From Promethearchaeota archaeon (GTDB taxonomy: Archaea; Asgardarchaeota; Lokiarchaeia; Sigyniarchaeales; SOKP01), in NCBI GenBank assembly GCA_048941265.1, contig JBHLNT010000001.1, positions 46,540 to 110,539 on the forward strand: DNA of 64,000 bases, given 5' to 3'. The translations under genes were made by a program, and so were the position numbers. Shown one piece after another: positions 1-10,616 of the stretch; position 1 is the first letter of the stretch; each line of letters opens with the position of its first letter. The notes below the pieces were generated by a model. That model searched no databases, was not told the DNA's origin, and worked only from the letters and a program-made list of their open reading frames with translations.

Positions 1-122
1 AATGAATCGTTTTTAGGTAATGTGCATTTGTCATAAAATGCACAAATAAATTCAATCTCTAAATTAGACTCATTTTTATCCATTGTATTTATTTTTGGTG
101 TTTTTTCTGGTAAATCTTCCAT
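1..122 (-). CDS. 5' part of a hypothetical protein running off the window edge
   Basis: Manual translation from ATG at 122: MEDLPEKTPKINTMDKNESNLEIEFICAFYDKCTLPKNDS..., open to position 1. Confidence 0.5.
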   Translation of the reverse strand, partial: MEDLPEKTPKINTMDKNESNLEIEFICAFYDKCTLPKNDS

Positions 123-162
123 AATATTCGCATCCAATATATAAAGACACCTTTAAAATTAC

Positions 163-459
163 TTAAATTGAAATTTCTTGCTTTAAAATACTATTTAGGG
201 TTTCTTGCTCTTGTTTGGAAATTTCTTTCAAATCTCTTCCTTTTCTCATTGGAAAATCTGGTATATAATCCTCCAAGAGGGCAATTATAACAATTAACGC
301 GTTTTGTACAAAGTCCTTATTTTTATTCTCATCTAAGAGAATCATTAATTCGATTATTTTTTTACATATCAATAGCAATATTTTCTCACTATTTTCATTA
401 ATTTGTGAAAATTTTTCCAATACATCAATAAAAAATTGAGTCTCATATTCCTTTTCCAA
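163..459 (-). CDS. hypothetical protein (98 aa, helical)
   Basis: ORF with TTG start preceded by a GGGTTG-like element; no recognisable motif. Confidence 0.6.
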   Translation of the reverse strand: MEKEYETQFFIDVLEKFSQINENSEKILLLICKKIIELMILLDENKNKDFVQNALIVIIALLEDYIPDFPMRKGRDLKEISKQEQETLNSILKQEISI

Positions 460-869
460 TCTAATTTAACAACCCTTACCCTAATGACTTTTAACTTTTA
501 AAAAGAAGAAAAAAATTTAAAATAAAAAAGTGCTGTATTTTTCTAATTTTTCGAGATAGAAGTACAACAAATTCCAATAGAAAGTGACCTTAAGAAAATA
601 GTCTGTAGTATTCTCTACATTAGTTTTTACTGGTTTATTTATAAATAAAAACAGTTCTATTTAAAATATGATAAGGTGTGGTAATATGAATAATTTGAAA
701 CGTTCAATTAAATATTCATATTATCTATATACCATTTAAAATATGATCTGTGTAATATATGGTTCTATAATTGAAATATCATTATATTATTTGGATCTTA
801 TTCTAAGGATTGCTATTTGATATATGAAGATGATTCTTAGAAAATATAATAAAATAACAAAAAGGTCGT

Positions 870-1190
870 GTGTATAACAGAATGAGTATGTATCGATCCT
901 ATCTTTTAAAGAATAATTTTTGGGCAAAAAAAGGAAATGAAAAGGAAGACTTTCAAAATAAAGAAAAAGTCTTCATCAAACATAATGAAAATATTGGAGG
1001 AATCTATGCAATAATTCAAGAGGGAGATAATAGAGGTGTTAAAATTATAGCTAGTGGTGAAGAACATTTCTTCAATAACTTTGACAGTCTGGATACGTTT
1101 TTAAACAGCTTGACACAAAGACAAGATGATTTCATCAAGATTTTGAAAAGAAAGAATATTTCTAAGCGTTTGAGAAAGTTGGATATATAA
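870..1190 (+). CDS. hypothetical protein
   Basis: 106 aa ORF followed by a T-tract; no motif recognised. Confidence 0.5.
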   Translation: MYNRMSMYRSYLLKNNFWAKKGNEKEDFQNKEKVFIKHNENIGGIYAIIQEGDNRGVKIIASGEEHFFNNFDSLDTFLNSLTQRQDDFIKILKRKNISKRLRKLDI

Positions 1191-1311
1191 ATAAATTAGC
1201 TTTTTTGATTTTTTCATATTCTTTTATTGTCAAAATTTTTACTAAATTAAATAATGTTAAGATCATTAATACTTTCAATAGTCAAATCGGTTTTTAAGGG
1301 ATAAATTTAGA

Positions 1312-2532
1312 ATGGAAAAAAATTTCCAAAAAAGATATTATTTAATATTTTTCTCTACAATTCTTGGACCACTTACAACAAATTCATTAGTTCCAATCTT
1401 TGAGGATTTAAGACTTAATTTTGGTTTAAATTCAATTGCTTTAGTTTCGCTAGCAATTTCATTTTATATTCTTCCCTTCGCTGTTTTCCAATTATTTGCG
1501 GGAACTTTTTCTGATATTGTTGATAAAAAAATTGTTTTAATAATAGGATTTATTATTTTTATATTAGGTTTGCTATTAAGTTTAATAGCCGTTTTAATTA
1601 AAGTGTTCTATTTATTTCTCTTTGGGTTTTTAATCCAAGGAATTGGTTTTTCTTTTATCAATCCTACAATTTTGGCAATATTGAGTATAATTTCTCCTGA
1701 AGATAAAAAGGGGATAAATATGGGAATTTATAACTCTTCATCAGGATTAGGTGTAAGTCTAGGAGCTCTTTTATCTGGATTTCTTGCTAATAATTTTAAG
1801 AGCGGTTGGGTTCTATTATTTATAATTAATCCCATCATAGCTTTCTTAGCGTTAATATTATTATTAATAGCATTAAAAAAATGCGAACCTCTAATTTGTA
1901 GAACTTTTGAGACAACAATAAAACATTCTGCAAATGATAAACCTTCTAAACTCTTTGCTACTTTTCAACAATTAAAAGATAATTTAAAGCTACCCATCCT
2001 TTTATTAGGTACTGCGGGATTCATCTGCTTTTTTATAGTTATAACATTGACGAATACTTTAAATGAACAATTACGGATTTCATTATCTGGTTTAAGTGAA
2101 CAAGAAGTCATTTTTTATGTGAGTTTGATTTTAACAATAAACGGATTGATATCTGTGCTCTTATCTCCTATAACTGGTTTAATGTTAAAAAAAATTAATC
2201 CAAATATAATGCTAGGTATAGGTTTTTTACTTATGTTTACAATGATTTTTATGCCTTATGGTACTTCCATAACTGATTTTATGGTTATTAGTTTCATAAC
2301 GTACATTGGTTCAGCATTTGTTTGGCCTGCGTTATTTAAAATTTCGATGAATATAAATCCTGAGGCAGAGGGTACAAATTCTGCCATAATAAATAGCTTA
2401 AGATTCATAGGTTATTCTTTAGTAGGCCCATTTTACTTATTCTTTGGAATTCCTATTATCTATTTTTGGGTGATTAGTCTTAATTTTGTAGCAATTATCG
2501 TAGTTATCATGTTAAGCAAATTGAAAGTTTAG
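1312..2532 (+). CDS. MFS transporter (DHA-like)
   Basis: About 12 hydrophobic segments; MFS motif A variant GTFSDIVDKK. Confidence 0.85.
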   Translation: MEKNFQKRYYLIFFSTILGPLTTNSLVPIFEDLRLNFGLNSIALVSLAISFYILPFAVFQLFAGTFSDIVDKKIVLIIGFIIFILGLLLSLIAVLIKVFYLFLFGFLIQGIGFSFINPTILAILSIISPEDKKGINMGIYNSSSGLGVSLGALLSGFLANNFKSGWVLLFIINPIIAFLALILLLIALKKCEPLICRTFETTIKHSANDKPSKLFATFQQLKDNLKLPILLLGTAGFICFFIVITLTNTLNEQLRISLSGLSEQEVIFYVSLILTINGLISVLLSPITGLMLKKINPNIMLGIGFLLMFTMIFMPYGTSITDFMVISFITYIGSAFVWPALFKISMNINPEAEGTNSAIINSLRFIGYSLVGPFYLFFGIPIIYFWVISLNFVAIIVVIMLSKLKV

Positions 2533-2539
2533 AAAAAGA

Positions 2540-3967
2540 TTATTTAATTTGGTTTTTACGTGCTTCTAAAATTTTAGCTCTTTCATTTAGGATATTTCTT
2601 ACTGTTTTTGAATCCTCTGGATACCATTTCAACGTAAAGAGCCATACCATAATGCCCGGGATTATAAATACCAATAACATTAAAATCGTTAATTGGTAAT
2701 TAGTTCCAGTCATAACTAATAATATTCCTACTATAATTGCTCCCAAGCCCCACCCTATACTCTCAACCAGTTGATTCCAAGACACTATCTTGCCCTGGGC
2801 TTCAGGTAAATTTATTTCTTGTATAAGGGGAGCTTGATTTACCATGAATAAGCTCCCAATCACGTTTGATGTAAAAAACAGCATACCCATTACCCAAATT
2901 ATTGGTAGAGAAAATAAATATGGAATGTCTTGTCCTTCAGATACAGAAAAATGAGGCAACGGAATAAAAAAGATAGCCACAAAACTTACCATTCCAAAAC
3001 TTAGCGAGAAGATTATAAAATAAATTCTCCTAATTGGATGTTCTTTGCAAACTTTATCAGAGAGCCAACCAAAAGCTAATTGCCCGATTAATCCTGCGGT
3101 TAATCCAAACACAATCATAAAGACCGCAGTAAATATAGGGGAAAGATTATGAGGAGGAGTTTGAATATAAGGCAAAATTAACAGAATGGCACTTCCCATT
3201 AGAATATTCGAAGAAATACCCTCTACTAGGGCAACTATATTAGTTTTGCTGAACATGGTTTTTTTCATCATTTCACGATCAATTTGAAAATCATACTTAA
3301 TATCATCATGTTTAAGAATCTGCATTAATTCTATTTGTTGAGCACCTCTCTTTGGCTCATCCATATGTATGAAAAAGATGAATCCAGCAAGTACTATTAA
3401 TACGCCTAAACCCCAAAAATATTCCCTCCAAAAACCATATTGGACAAAAAAGGAAGCTACTAAAAATCCAAATGTCATAAATAATCCCATCATGAGCCCC
3501 ATGACGCCAAAAAAACGTGATCTATGGGATTTTGGAACCAGATCATTTGAGAGAGAAGCAATTGAGGGCCACGATCCCCCTGCGAATAAAGCAAAAATGA
3601 ATATAAAAAATAAGAAATAAAGCCATGTCTCAAAACCTTTTCCCTCTTCCGCAAAACCCAACATAGCAATGCTAAAACCTCTAAAAATGGAAATCATAAA
3701 GAGGATTTTCGTACGACTAAATTTATCGATTAACATTCCAAAAAAAAGACCGCATAAAGAGGAAACCCAAAATAATACAGTTAACAATATCCCAATTTCT
3801 AAGGCATGATAGGGCTCATCTGGCCACATTATAAGAGATAATTGAACAATTAAGATGGTGAAACCAGCATAGGCCAAAGTTTGAAGACCTCCCAGGAGAT
3901 AGAGAGACCAAAAAGTTCCATGTATTGAGAATTCTGAATTTGATGTATCAGCAGGTTCCTCTGGCAT
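2540..3967 (-). CDS. MFS transporter, Spinster-like features
   Basis: 12-TM pattern, GMLIDKFSR and GWLSDK motif A copies, WREYF...DEPKRG after TM6. Confidence 0.8.
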   Translation of the reverse strand: MPEEPADTSNSEFSIHGTFWSLYLLGGLQTLAYAGFTILIVQLSLIMWPDEPYHALEIGILLTVLFWVSSLCGLFFGMLIDKFSRTKILFMISIFRGFSIAMLGFAEEGKGFETWLYFLFFIFIFALFAGGSWPSIASLSNDLVPKSHRSRFFGVMGLMMGLFMTFGFLVASFFVQYGFWREYFWGLGVLIVLAGFIFFIHMDEPKRGAQQIELMQILKHDDIKYDFQIDREMMKKTMFSKTNIVALVEGISSNILMGSAILLILPYIQTPPHNLSPIFTAVFMIVFGLTAGLIGQLAFGWLSDKVCKEHPIRRIYFIIFSLSFGMVSFVAIFFIPLPHFSVSEGQDIPYLFSLPIIWVMGMLFFTSNVIGSLFMVNQAPLIQEINLPEAQGKIVSWNQLVESIGWGLGAIIVGILLVMTGTNYQLTILMLLVFIIPGIMVWLFTLKWYPEDSKTVRNILNERAKILEARKNQIK

Positions 3968-4190
3968 AATTTTTTTATACCATATTATCTTTTTAGTTTT
4001 AAACTGTAGAATGAGATTTCAAATTTTAAGATATTGAAAAGTAAATATGAGAATTAACCATTATTATAAGATAAGACTTAAGAAAAAAATTTGAGATTTA
4101 AAATACGATGTAATTTTTTGATACTTATTTTTATAAACCTTGATCTCGTTTATATTTACAATGTCTTATAAATAAATTAAATTTAATAAA

Positions 4191-5594
4191 ATGAGCGTAT
4201 CTCAAAAACAAAATGTAGGTTCTGATGAATCTAGATATTCTTCTAAAATTCATTTATCATATAGCCTTGGGAGCTTTTTCGACACTTTTTACGTGGCAAG
4301 TTTTACTGTCCGCGTTATATATTTTTACGAGAATGAACTCTTCTTATCCATTGTATTGATAGGTACTGCTTTTATTATATATGGTTTTTGGAATATGATC
4401 AACGATCCTTTGATTGGGTGGTTTGCAGATAAAGAAACGCGATTTACTAAGCGATGGGGTCGGAGATTTCCATGGTTTTTTATAGGCGCTATAAGTATAA
4501 ATTTTGTTTATATTTTTATATATACAGTTCCTGTTAACGATCAATTAGGAATGTTTATATGGCTGCTGGTAATTATTTGTTTATTTGAATTATGTTATTC
4601 TCTTTGGCAAGTTAGTTGGCTTTCTCTCTATCCCGATAAGTTTCGCTCCCAGAAGGAACGAACGAAATTAGGAGCATTAACTACCATATTTGGTCAATTA
4701 GGGACAGTTATGGGAATTGTGATTCCTCCTTTATTTATCATATATGGAAATGTCGAATCTTATATTTTTGCCGCGATAGCAGTAGCTATTATTTCGCTTA
4801 TAATCGCCTTGCTCATTATTCCAGGTATGCACGAGGATGAAGATATAATCGCACGCGAACTTAAAAACATCCAAGAACAAAAGAAAGAAGAGGAATCGTA
4901 CTTACAAATAGTAAAATTCTCTATGAAGGAAAAAAATTTTGTCGCTTATGTTCTATGGTATCTTTGCTATTATATGCTTCCCTTATTGATGCTCTCATCA
5001 CTTTCTTATTGGGTCATTTATATTGTAAAATATAGAAATCCAATGATAGAAACATTATTAGCGGGGATTTTTATGATAGGTGCCTTAGTATCAGTTCCGT
5101 TATGGTTAAAAATGGGGAGAAAGTTTGGTATACGAAAGATTTACATTTATGGGAGTTTGATGGCTTCAATTTGCTTTATTCCGCTGATATTCGTTTCTGA
5201 TCTAACTCTCACTCTTACATTTCTTTTTCTAATTGGATTTTTCTATGGATCTTGTTGGACATTATTATATCCCGGATTCTCTGAGGTAATGGATGAGCTT
5301 GTGGTCAAAAGTGGAGAACGTAGAGAAGGTGCTTACACAGGAATTAGAACCTTTATTGGACGGTTGTCCTTTGTGCTACAAGCGGTCATTTTCTCAATAG
5401 TTCATACCACCACAAAATTCGAAGCTGGAGCAGAAACCCAAAAACCATTAGCATTATGGGGAATACGAATTATCATGGTAATAGCTCCAATGGTATTTCT
5501 TTTCATTGGTTTCCTTCTTATGGCAATCTTCTATGATCTTACCCCCGAAAAAGTGAACGCTAATAAAGCTCTATTGAAAGAAAAGAATTTTTAA
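4191..5594 (+). CDS. MFS_2 / glycoside-pentoside-hexuronide (MelB-like) symporter
   Basis: WNMINDPLIGWFAD, WGRRFPW, GERREGAYTG, FYDLT motifs. Confidence 0.9.
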   Translation: MSVSQKQNVGSDESRYSSKIHLSYSLGSFFDTFYVASFTVRVIYFYENELFLSIVLIGTAFIIYGFWNMINDPLIGWFADKETRFTKRWGRRFPWFFIGAISINFVYIFIYTVPVNDQLGMFIWLLVIICLFELCYSLWQVSWLSLYPDKFRSQKERTKLGALTTIFGQLGTVMGIVIPPLFIIYGNVESYIFAAIAVAIISLIIALLIIPGMHEDEDIIARELKNIQEQKKEEESYLQIVKFSMKEKNFVAYVLWYLCYYMLPLLMLSSLSYWVIYIVKYRNPMIETLLAGIFMIGALVSVPLWLKMGRKFGIRKIYIYGSLMASICFIPLIFVSDLTLTLTFLFLIGFFYGSCWTLLYPGFSEVMDELVVKSGERREGAYTGIRTFIGRLSFVLQAVIFSIVHTTTKFEAGAETQKPLALWGIRIIMVIAPMVFLFIGFLLMAIFYDLTPEKVNANKALLKEKNF

Positions 5595-5815
5595 ACCTTT
5601 TTTTTATTTTTTTTAAGAATCTTATTTTAACCAGGTAGAGTTATTGAATTATGTTTATTCGCTTTTAATTAATATCTCCTATGGTTTGGTAAATATACTT
5701 TTGAATTTGAATATAAATAAACTATTGCACGCTTTTTTAGAACAAAAATATAAAATTTAATATCATAAATGCCTTAATAAATCAAATATAATAGTGAAGT
5801 TAAGGTTTAAAAATC

Positions 5816-6832
5816 CTGAAAAGAGCGCTAATTAGAGCAGATGGAAGTAATAAAATCGGAATGGGCCATTTAACAAGGCAAATAGATATTGCAAATGAGT
5901 TAAAGAAGCTCAATTATAACATAATATTTCTCTCAAAAAACTATCCAGAAGGAATATTATTACTTGAAGAAAGTCAGTTTGAAATTATAAAATTATCAAC
6001 AGAATACCAAACGATAAATGATTCAATTCAAGAAATAAACGAGGTATTAAATTCCTATAATAAAATCTTTGATTTTATCATATTAGATCTTTTTGAAGAT
6101 TTTGATAATCAAGAATATTTAAACAATTTAAAGCTCTTTTGTAGCAAATTGTTTGTTTTAAGCGATGAGCCAAAACAGTTCTATATTCAAGTGAATGCTG
6201 TTTTCGCTTTTAGCGAAAATCAAGAGTCATTTAACTATAATAATTTGAGAACTAAATACTATACTGGTCTAAAATACTTTCCTTTACACTCTAAATTCCA
6301 GGAAGTACCAAAGAAAAAAGTCAATAAAAAAGTTAGTAAAGTTCTTATTACTTTTGGTGGAAGTGATCCTAATAATTTTTCAGGCAAATTGGTAAGTTCC
6401 TTAAAGCAACTTGATCTAAATGTAATATATACGCTAATCCTAGGTGCTGGATATTCGAAAGAGAATTATCATGATATTATGAGGGAAAAATTTGATAATC
6501 TCATAATTAAAACGAATATAAAAAATATGAACGAGTATTTAATAGAAACGGATATTTGTATTTGCTCAGCAGGAAATACAGTAATAGAAGCATTGGTATG
6601 CGGAGTCCCTTGTATTGTCCTTCCTCAAACTAAATTAGAAAGTGAACGCGCTAAAGCTTTAGAAAAAAAACAATTGATTATTAATAAGGGATTGGAATTT
6701 ACTACTAAGAGATTAATTACTGTAATTAATAACCTACTTTCTGATTATTCACTAAGGAAAAAATTGAGCAAAAATGCTCAAAATTATTTAGATGGAAAGG
6801 GCATTAAAAGGATTGTAAATATAATTTCTTAA
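5816..6832 (+). CDS. PseG/SpsG-family GT-B fold UDP-sugar hydrolase or glycosyltransferase; probable CTG start upstream of the tracked ATG at 5861
   Basis: In-frame IRADGSNKIGMGH N-terminal motif, ITFGGSDP, SAGNT..E...GVP, DGKG. Confidence 0.8.
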   Translation: MKRALIRADGSNKIGMGHLTRQIDIANELKKLNYNIIFLSKNYPEGILLLEESQFEIIKLSTEYQTINDSIQEINEVLNSYNKIFDFIILDLFEDFDNQEYLNNLKLFCSKLFVLSDEPKQFYIQVNAVFAFSENQESFNYNNLRTKYYTGLKYFPLHSKFQEVPKKKVNKKVSKVLITFGGSDPNNFSGKLVSSLKQLDLNVIYTLILGAGYSKENYHDIMREKFDNLIIKTNIKNMNEYLIETDICICSAGNTVIEALVCGVPCIVLPQTKLESERAKALEKKQLIINKGLEFTTKRLITVINNLLSDYSLRKKLSKNAQNYLDGKGIKRIVNIIS

Positions 6833-7014
6833 GAGGAAAAAAAGTTTTAAAAGAATGAAGCTTAAAGTCCAAAATCCTAATGTATTTTATTAAAAATTTT
6901 TACATCTTAAGGAGATAATATCTTTAAAATTATTAGACTTCTTGTAATGTTTAAATGTTTATTTAATTTAATTAATCAAATATTTGTTTATATAAAACTT
7001 AAGATACTAGAATT

Positions 7015-7776
7015 ATGAAAAACGACCAGTTAATAGAAAAACTCCGAAAACGGGAACTTAAAGCAGTAGTATTTGATTTCGATGGTACAATCTTAGATAT
7101 TAAGAAACCTCTTGAAAAATCTATTGAAGAAGTCTTTACTGAGAAAGGTATTGCTTCTGACTTAGAATCATCTGTACTTGAAATTGGTGCTGTGCTCGAA
7201 TCTATACAAGGATACCCTATTCCTAAAATTTTACTGCAATCATATGACATTTTCCAACAGATAACAACGCTAGAAAAATTAACTTTCTTAAAAAAATTTA
7301 GAGTTGCCTTGAAAATTTTCGCTAAATATCAAACTTATTCTAAAGAGGCTGAATTATTCCCCGGTATAAAACCACTATTAGAATATCTAAATAAAGGTGC
7401 AGACCTTTATATTATCTCTCATAATCAAACAAATAGTGTTAGAGAACACCTTCAAAAAGAAGAAATTGAAAAGTATTTCAAAGGAGTATATGGAGCTGAT
7501 GAATTGCCTGCATTAAAACCAAGTCCTGATGCCCTTTTACCTGTCATAGAGCAATACAAAAATACCAGCAGTAAGAAATTTTTGATCTTAGGTGATATGC
7601 CATCTGATATTGAATCTGGTCAAGAAGCAGGAGTTCATACCATTGGAATCGCTAGTGGAATCAGTAAGAAGGAGATACTGGAGAATTGTAATCCCGATTT
7701 ATTATTCGATTCAATTATTGAATTGAATGAATTACTTGGTATAAATAATGGTCGTAGTTCGGATTCTAAAGTTTAA
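7015..7776 (+). CDS. HAD-superfamily phosphatase
   Basis: Motif I FDFDGT, motif III KPSP, motif IV GDMPSD. Confidence 0.9.
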   Translation: MKNDQLIEKLRKRELKAVVFDFDGTILDIKKPLEKSIEEVFTEKGIASDLESSVLEIGAVLESIQGYPIPKILLQSYDIFQQITTLEKLTFLKKFRVALKIFAKYQTYSKEAELFPGIKPLLEYLNKGADLYIISHNQTNSVREHLQKEEIEKYFKGVYGADELPALKPSPDALLPVIEQYKNTSSKKFLILGDMPSDIESGQEAGVHTIGIASGISKKEILENCNPDLLFDSIIELNELLGINNGRSSDSKV

Positions 7777-7809
7777 AATTAAAAATTATAAAAAATAAAA
7801 CATAAAAGG

Positions 7810-9504
7810 TTGATGAATATGGAACTTGAAAAATCAGATATAAAACCAACAAAGAAAGAAAAAATTGGTAAAGAACAAGTAGATTATGATGTAGTGGAAC
7901 AAGAACTAGAGCTTAAGTATGAAAAAACGTCTCATGATGCGATGTATAAAGTTTTAAAATATAATCCTATCGACTGGTTAAATGATAAGTACCGAAAATT
8001 TATTGATATGCATCAATTAACTGAGATTGAGGGTCAATTACAATGGTGGGCTGCATATATTTACGTTAAGGAAATCCTAAGGTTACTTTTCGATCATAAA
8101 GTAGAAAATCCCTATAAGACTTTATTTCCTGAATATGGCCCTGGAATCATCATCTCAAATCATGAAAGCCATTTTGATCCATTTTTTATTGGAGCTACAT
8201 GTCATAGACGTATTCGATGGATGAGTAAAATTGAAAACTTTAAGACACCAATTGTAAGAACTTTGTTTACAAATTTAGGTGCTTTTAGACTTGATAGAGA
8301 TAACCCTGAACCAGGTTGGGAGATGGCAAAAGAAGTGATTGATAATGGAGGATGGGTTGGAATCTTTCCAGAAGGCACTCGCACAGAAGATGGGTCTCTT
8401 GGTGAATTTCATACTGGTGCGGTAAGGCTAGCAATAGAAAAGAAAGTACCTATTGTTCCGACATGTGTAATCGGTTCAAGAGCAGCACTACCGAAAGGCA
8501 AATTGGTTTTAAAACCAGCTCGTGTAATTACTCGTGCAGGACTTCCGATTTCCTATGATCAATATAACATTGATACTGTATCATATCAAGATATTAGAAG
8601 ACTTTCAGATGAATTACGACAGGAAGTTATTGATTTAATGGAAGGTAATTACCACATTGAAGGTGAAGAAAAGGTTCAACAGCTTTCCATAGGGGAACCT
8701 AAGGATATGGCAGAAAAGCCAAAAGGTAATCCTGTTATGAAATTCTTTAAAAAACTCTCAGCACATTTCTTACAATTATGGGATGATTCTTGGTATGCCC
8801 TCTTAAAATCTTTAGAAGTCTATGGTTTAAAAGATTACTTTGGATCATTCATATATAATTTATCGGGTAATATCGTTCATAGCCTCTGCAACCTTATGCT
8901 TCCATATAAAGTCATTGACTACGACAAATATATTCCCAAAAAAGCTGAAACTGGTGCCCTTATATGCTCAAATCATAATTCAGAATGGGATGTAATAATA
9001 CTAGCAACAAGTTTTCAGCAATGGGGTGGTCATTATATCTATCAACAATCAAAAGAATCACTCTTTAGATATCCTGTTGTAAACGCTTGGGTAAGGTCTT
9101 GTAGAGCATTTCCACTTAAAAGAGGTGAGCACGATGTTGGTTCTTATAATTATGCTTTAGAACGCTTAAAAGAGGGAAAATGGATAGTAATCTATCCAGA
9201 AGGCACAACTAATACGGGAGGCGGGAAATTATTAGAAGGACACACTGGTGCTATGCGTTTAGCTATAGAAGCAAAAGTTCCAATTTATTTAGTTGGAATC
9301 ACTGGAACTGAAGATGTCTATCCAAAACGGGCCAAAATGCTTAATTTCAATAAAGGAGTTATATTGAAAGCAGGAGAACCATTTATGGAGCATCAAAATT
9401 ACTGGGACAAACCTATGCCTAGCTATAGTGAATTAAGGAATCTTACCACAAAAATGATGGCAAGAATAAAAGACTTGCTTATGTATGACGATAAACGAGC
9501 ATAA
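7810..9504 (+). CDS. tandem two-domain PlsC/LPLAT glycerolipid acyltransferase
   Basis: Domain 1 NHESHFD...FPEGTR...VPIVP; domain 2 NHNSEWD...YPEGTT...VPIY; both keep the HX4D catalytic dyad. Confidence 0.9.
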   Translation: MMNMELEKSDIKPTKKEKIGKEQVDYDVVEQELELKYEKTSHDAMYKVLKYNPIDWLNDKYRKFIDMHQLTEIEGQLQWWAAYIYVKEILRLLFDHKVENPYKTLFPEYGPGIIISNHESHFDPFFIGATCHRRIRWMSKIENFKTPIVRTLFTNLGAFRLDRDNPEPGWEMAKEVIDNGGWVGIFPEGTRTEDGSLGEFHTGAVRLAIEKKVPIVPTCVIGSRAALPKGKLVLKPARVITRAGLPISYDQYNIDTVSYQDIRRLSDELRQEVIDLMEGNYHIEGEEKVQQLSIGEPKDMAEKPKGNPVMKFFKKLSAHFLQLWDDSWYALLKSLEVYGLKDYFGSFIYNLSGNIVHSLCNLMLPYKVIDYDKYIPKKAETGALICSNHNSEWDVIILATSFQQWGGHYIYQQSKESLFRYPVVNAWVRSCRAFPLKRGEHDVGSYNYALERLKEGKWIVIYPEGTTNTGGGKLLEGHTGAMRLAIEAKVPIYLVGITGTEDVYPKRAKMLNFNKGVILKAGEPFMEHQNYWDKPMPSYSELRNLTTKMMARIKDLLMYDDKRA

Positions 9505-9523
9505 GAAGCGAGAGGTTTAACTG

Positions 9524-10603
9524 GTGGAAGCGACGGAAAAATCGTCAGGTACAAAAATCAAGGTTGGTATACCTAGAGCACTTCATTTTTATAGGTACTT
9601 TCCTTTTTGGAAAAAACTTCTTGAAGAATTAGATGTGGAAATTATATTAACACCTAACACTAACAAGAAGATTGTAGAGGAAGGTGTAACTCATGGGTTT
9701 GGTGAGTTATGTATACCTGTAAAAATTTATTATGGACATGTAATGAAATTAATACGGGAACATCCCGATTTAGATTTCTTATTTGTACCTCGATATGTTT
9801 CAGAAGTAAAAGAAGCATACTTTTGTCCTAAATTTCTGTCGTTACCAGATGTCATAAAAATTTTGCCGAACGCTCCAAAACTTTTGACTTTTGAAGTTAA
9901 TATAAAAGAATTTCCAATTGCCACAGCAGCCGCTGAACTTGCTAAACAATTAGGAAAAAGCCAATCTAAAGGATTAGATGCATATAAGAAAGCGCAAGAA
10001 TATTTTGATGAGTATCATAAATTTTTAAGGGAAGGTGCCCCTGTCAATCATGCACTACGATTAGTAGAATATAACCGTCCTTTCACTTTGCCAAAAAAGA
10101 AACGTAAGGGCGATATTAAGTTCTTGTTATTAGGACATGCATATAATATTTTTGACACATTTATTAATCTAGATTTTCAAAAAAAATTACAAGATCAAAA
10201 TGTTGAGGTTTTAACTATTGAAAATCTGCCAGAATCAATATTCAAGGTACCAGTTATCGTGAATAGGCGTTTGAGAAACTATTGGAGACATGAGGAGGAA
10301 ATCATGCAATCAATTAGGTACTTTATGACGAAAGGACGAAAAGAAATCGATGGAGTGGTTTTTCTTATTAGTTTTGCTTGTGGACCCGACAGTCTCATTT
10401 CCGAGTTAATAATGAGAGATATGAAAGTCGTAGGGCTTCCATTTTTAGAGATAATAATGGATGAACATTCTGGTGAGGCGGGTTTGCTTACAAGAGTTGA
10501 AAGTTTCGTAGAGATGGTAAGAAGGAAGAAGCAAAAACTCTCAGAATTAGAAAACAAGCAAAAACTTGGAGTTTTAGAAGAGATTGATACTTCATTTGCC
10601 TAG
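9524..10603 (+). CDS. DUF2229 / acyl-CoA dehydratase activase-related Fe-S protein (PlsA reduction-domain-like)
   Basis: KVGIPRAL, ELCIPVKIYYGH, FCPKF, FACGPD, DEH motifs. Confidence 0.85.
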   Translation: MEATEKSSGTKIKVGIPRALHFYRYFPFWKKLLEELDVEIILTPNTNKKIVEEGVTHGFGELCIPVKIYYGHVMKLIREHPDLDFLFVPRYVSEVKEAYFCPKFLSLPDVIKILPNAPKLLTFEVNIKEFPIATAAAELAKQLGKSQSKGLDAYKKAQEYFDEYHKFLREGAPVNHALRLVEYNRPFTLPKKKRKGDIKFLLLGHAYNIFDTFINLDFQKKLQDQNVEVLTIENLPESIFKVPVIVNRRLRNYWRHEEEIMQSIRYFMTKGRKEIDGVVFLISFACGPDSLISELIMRDMKVVGLPFLEIIMDEHSGEAGLLTRVESFVEMVRRKKQKLSELENKQKLGVLEEIDTSFA

Positions 10604-10616
10604 GAGGTATTAAAAA

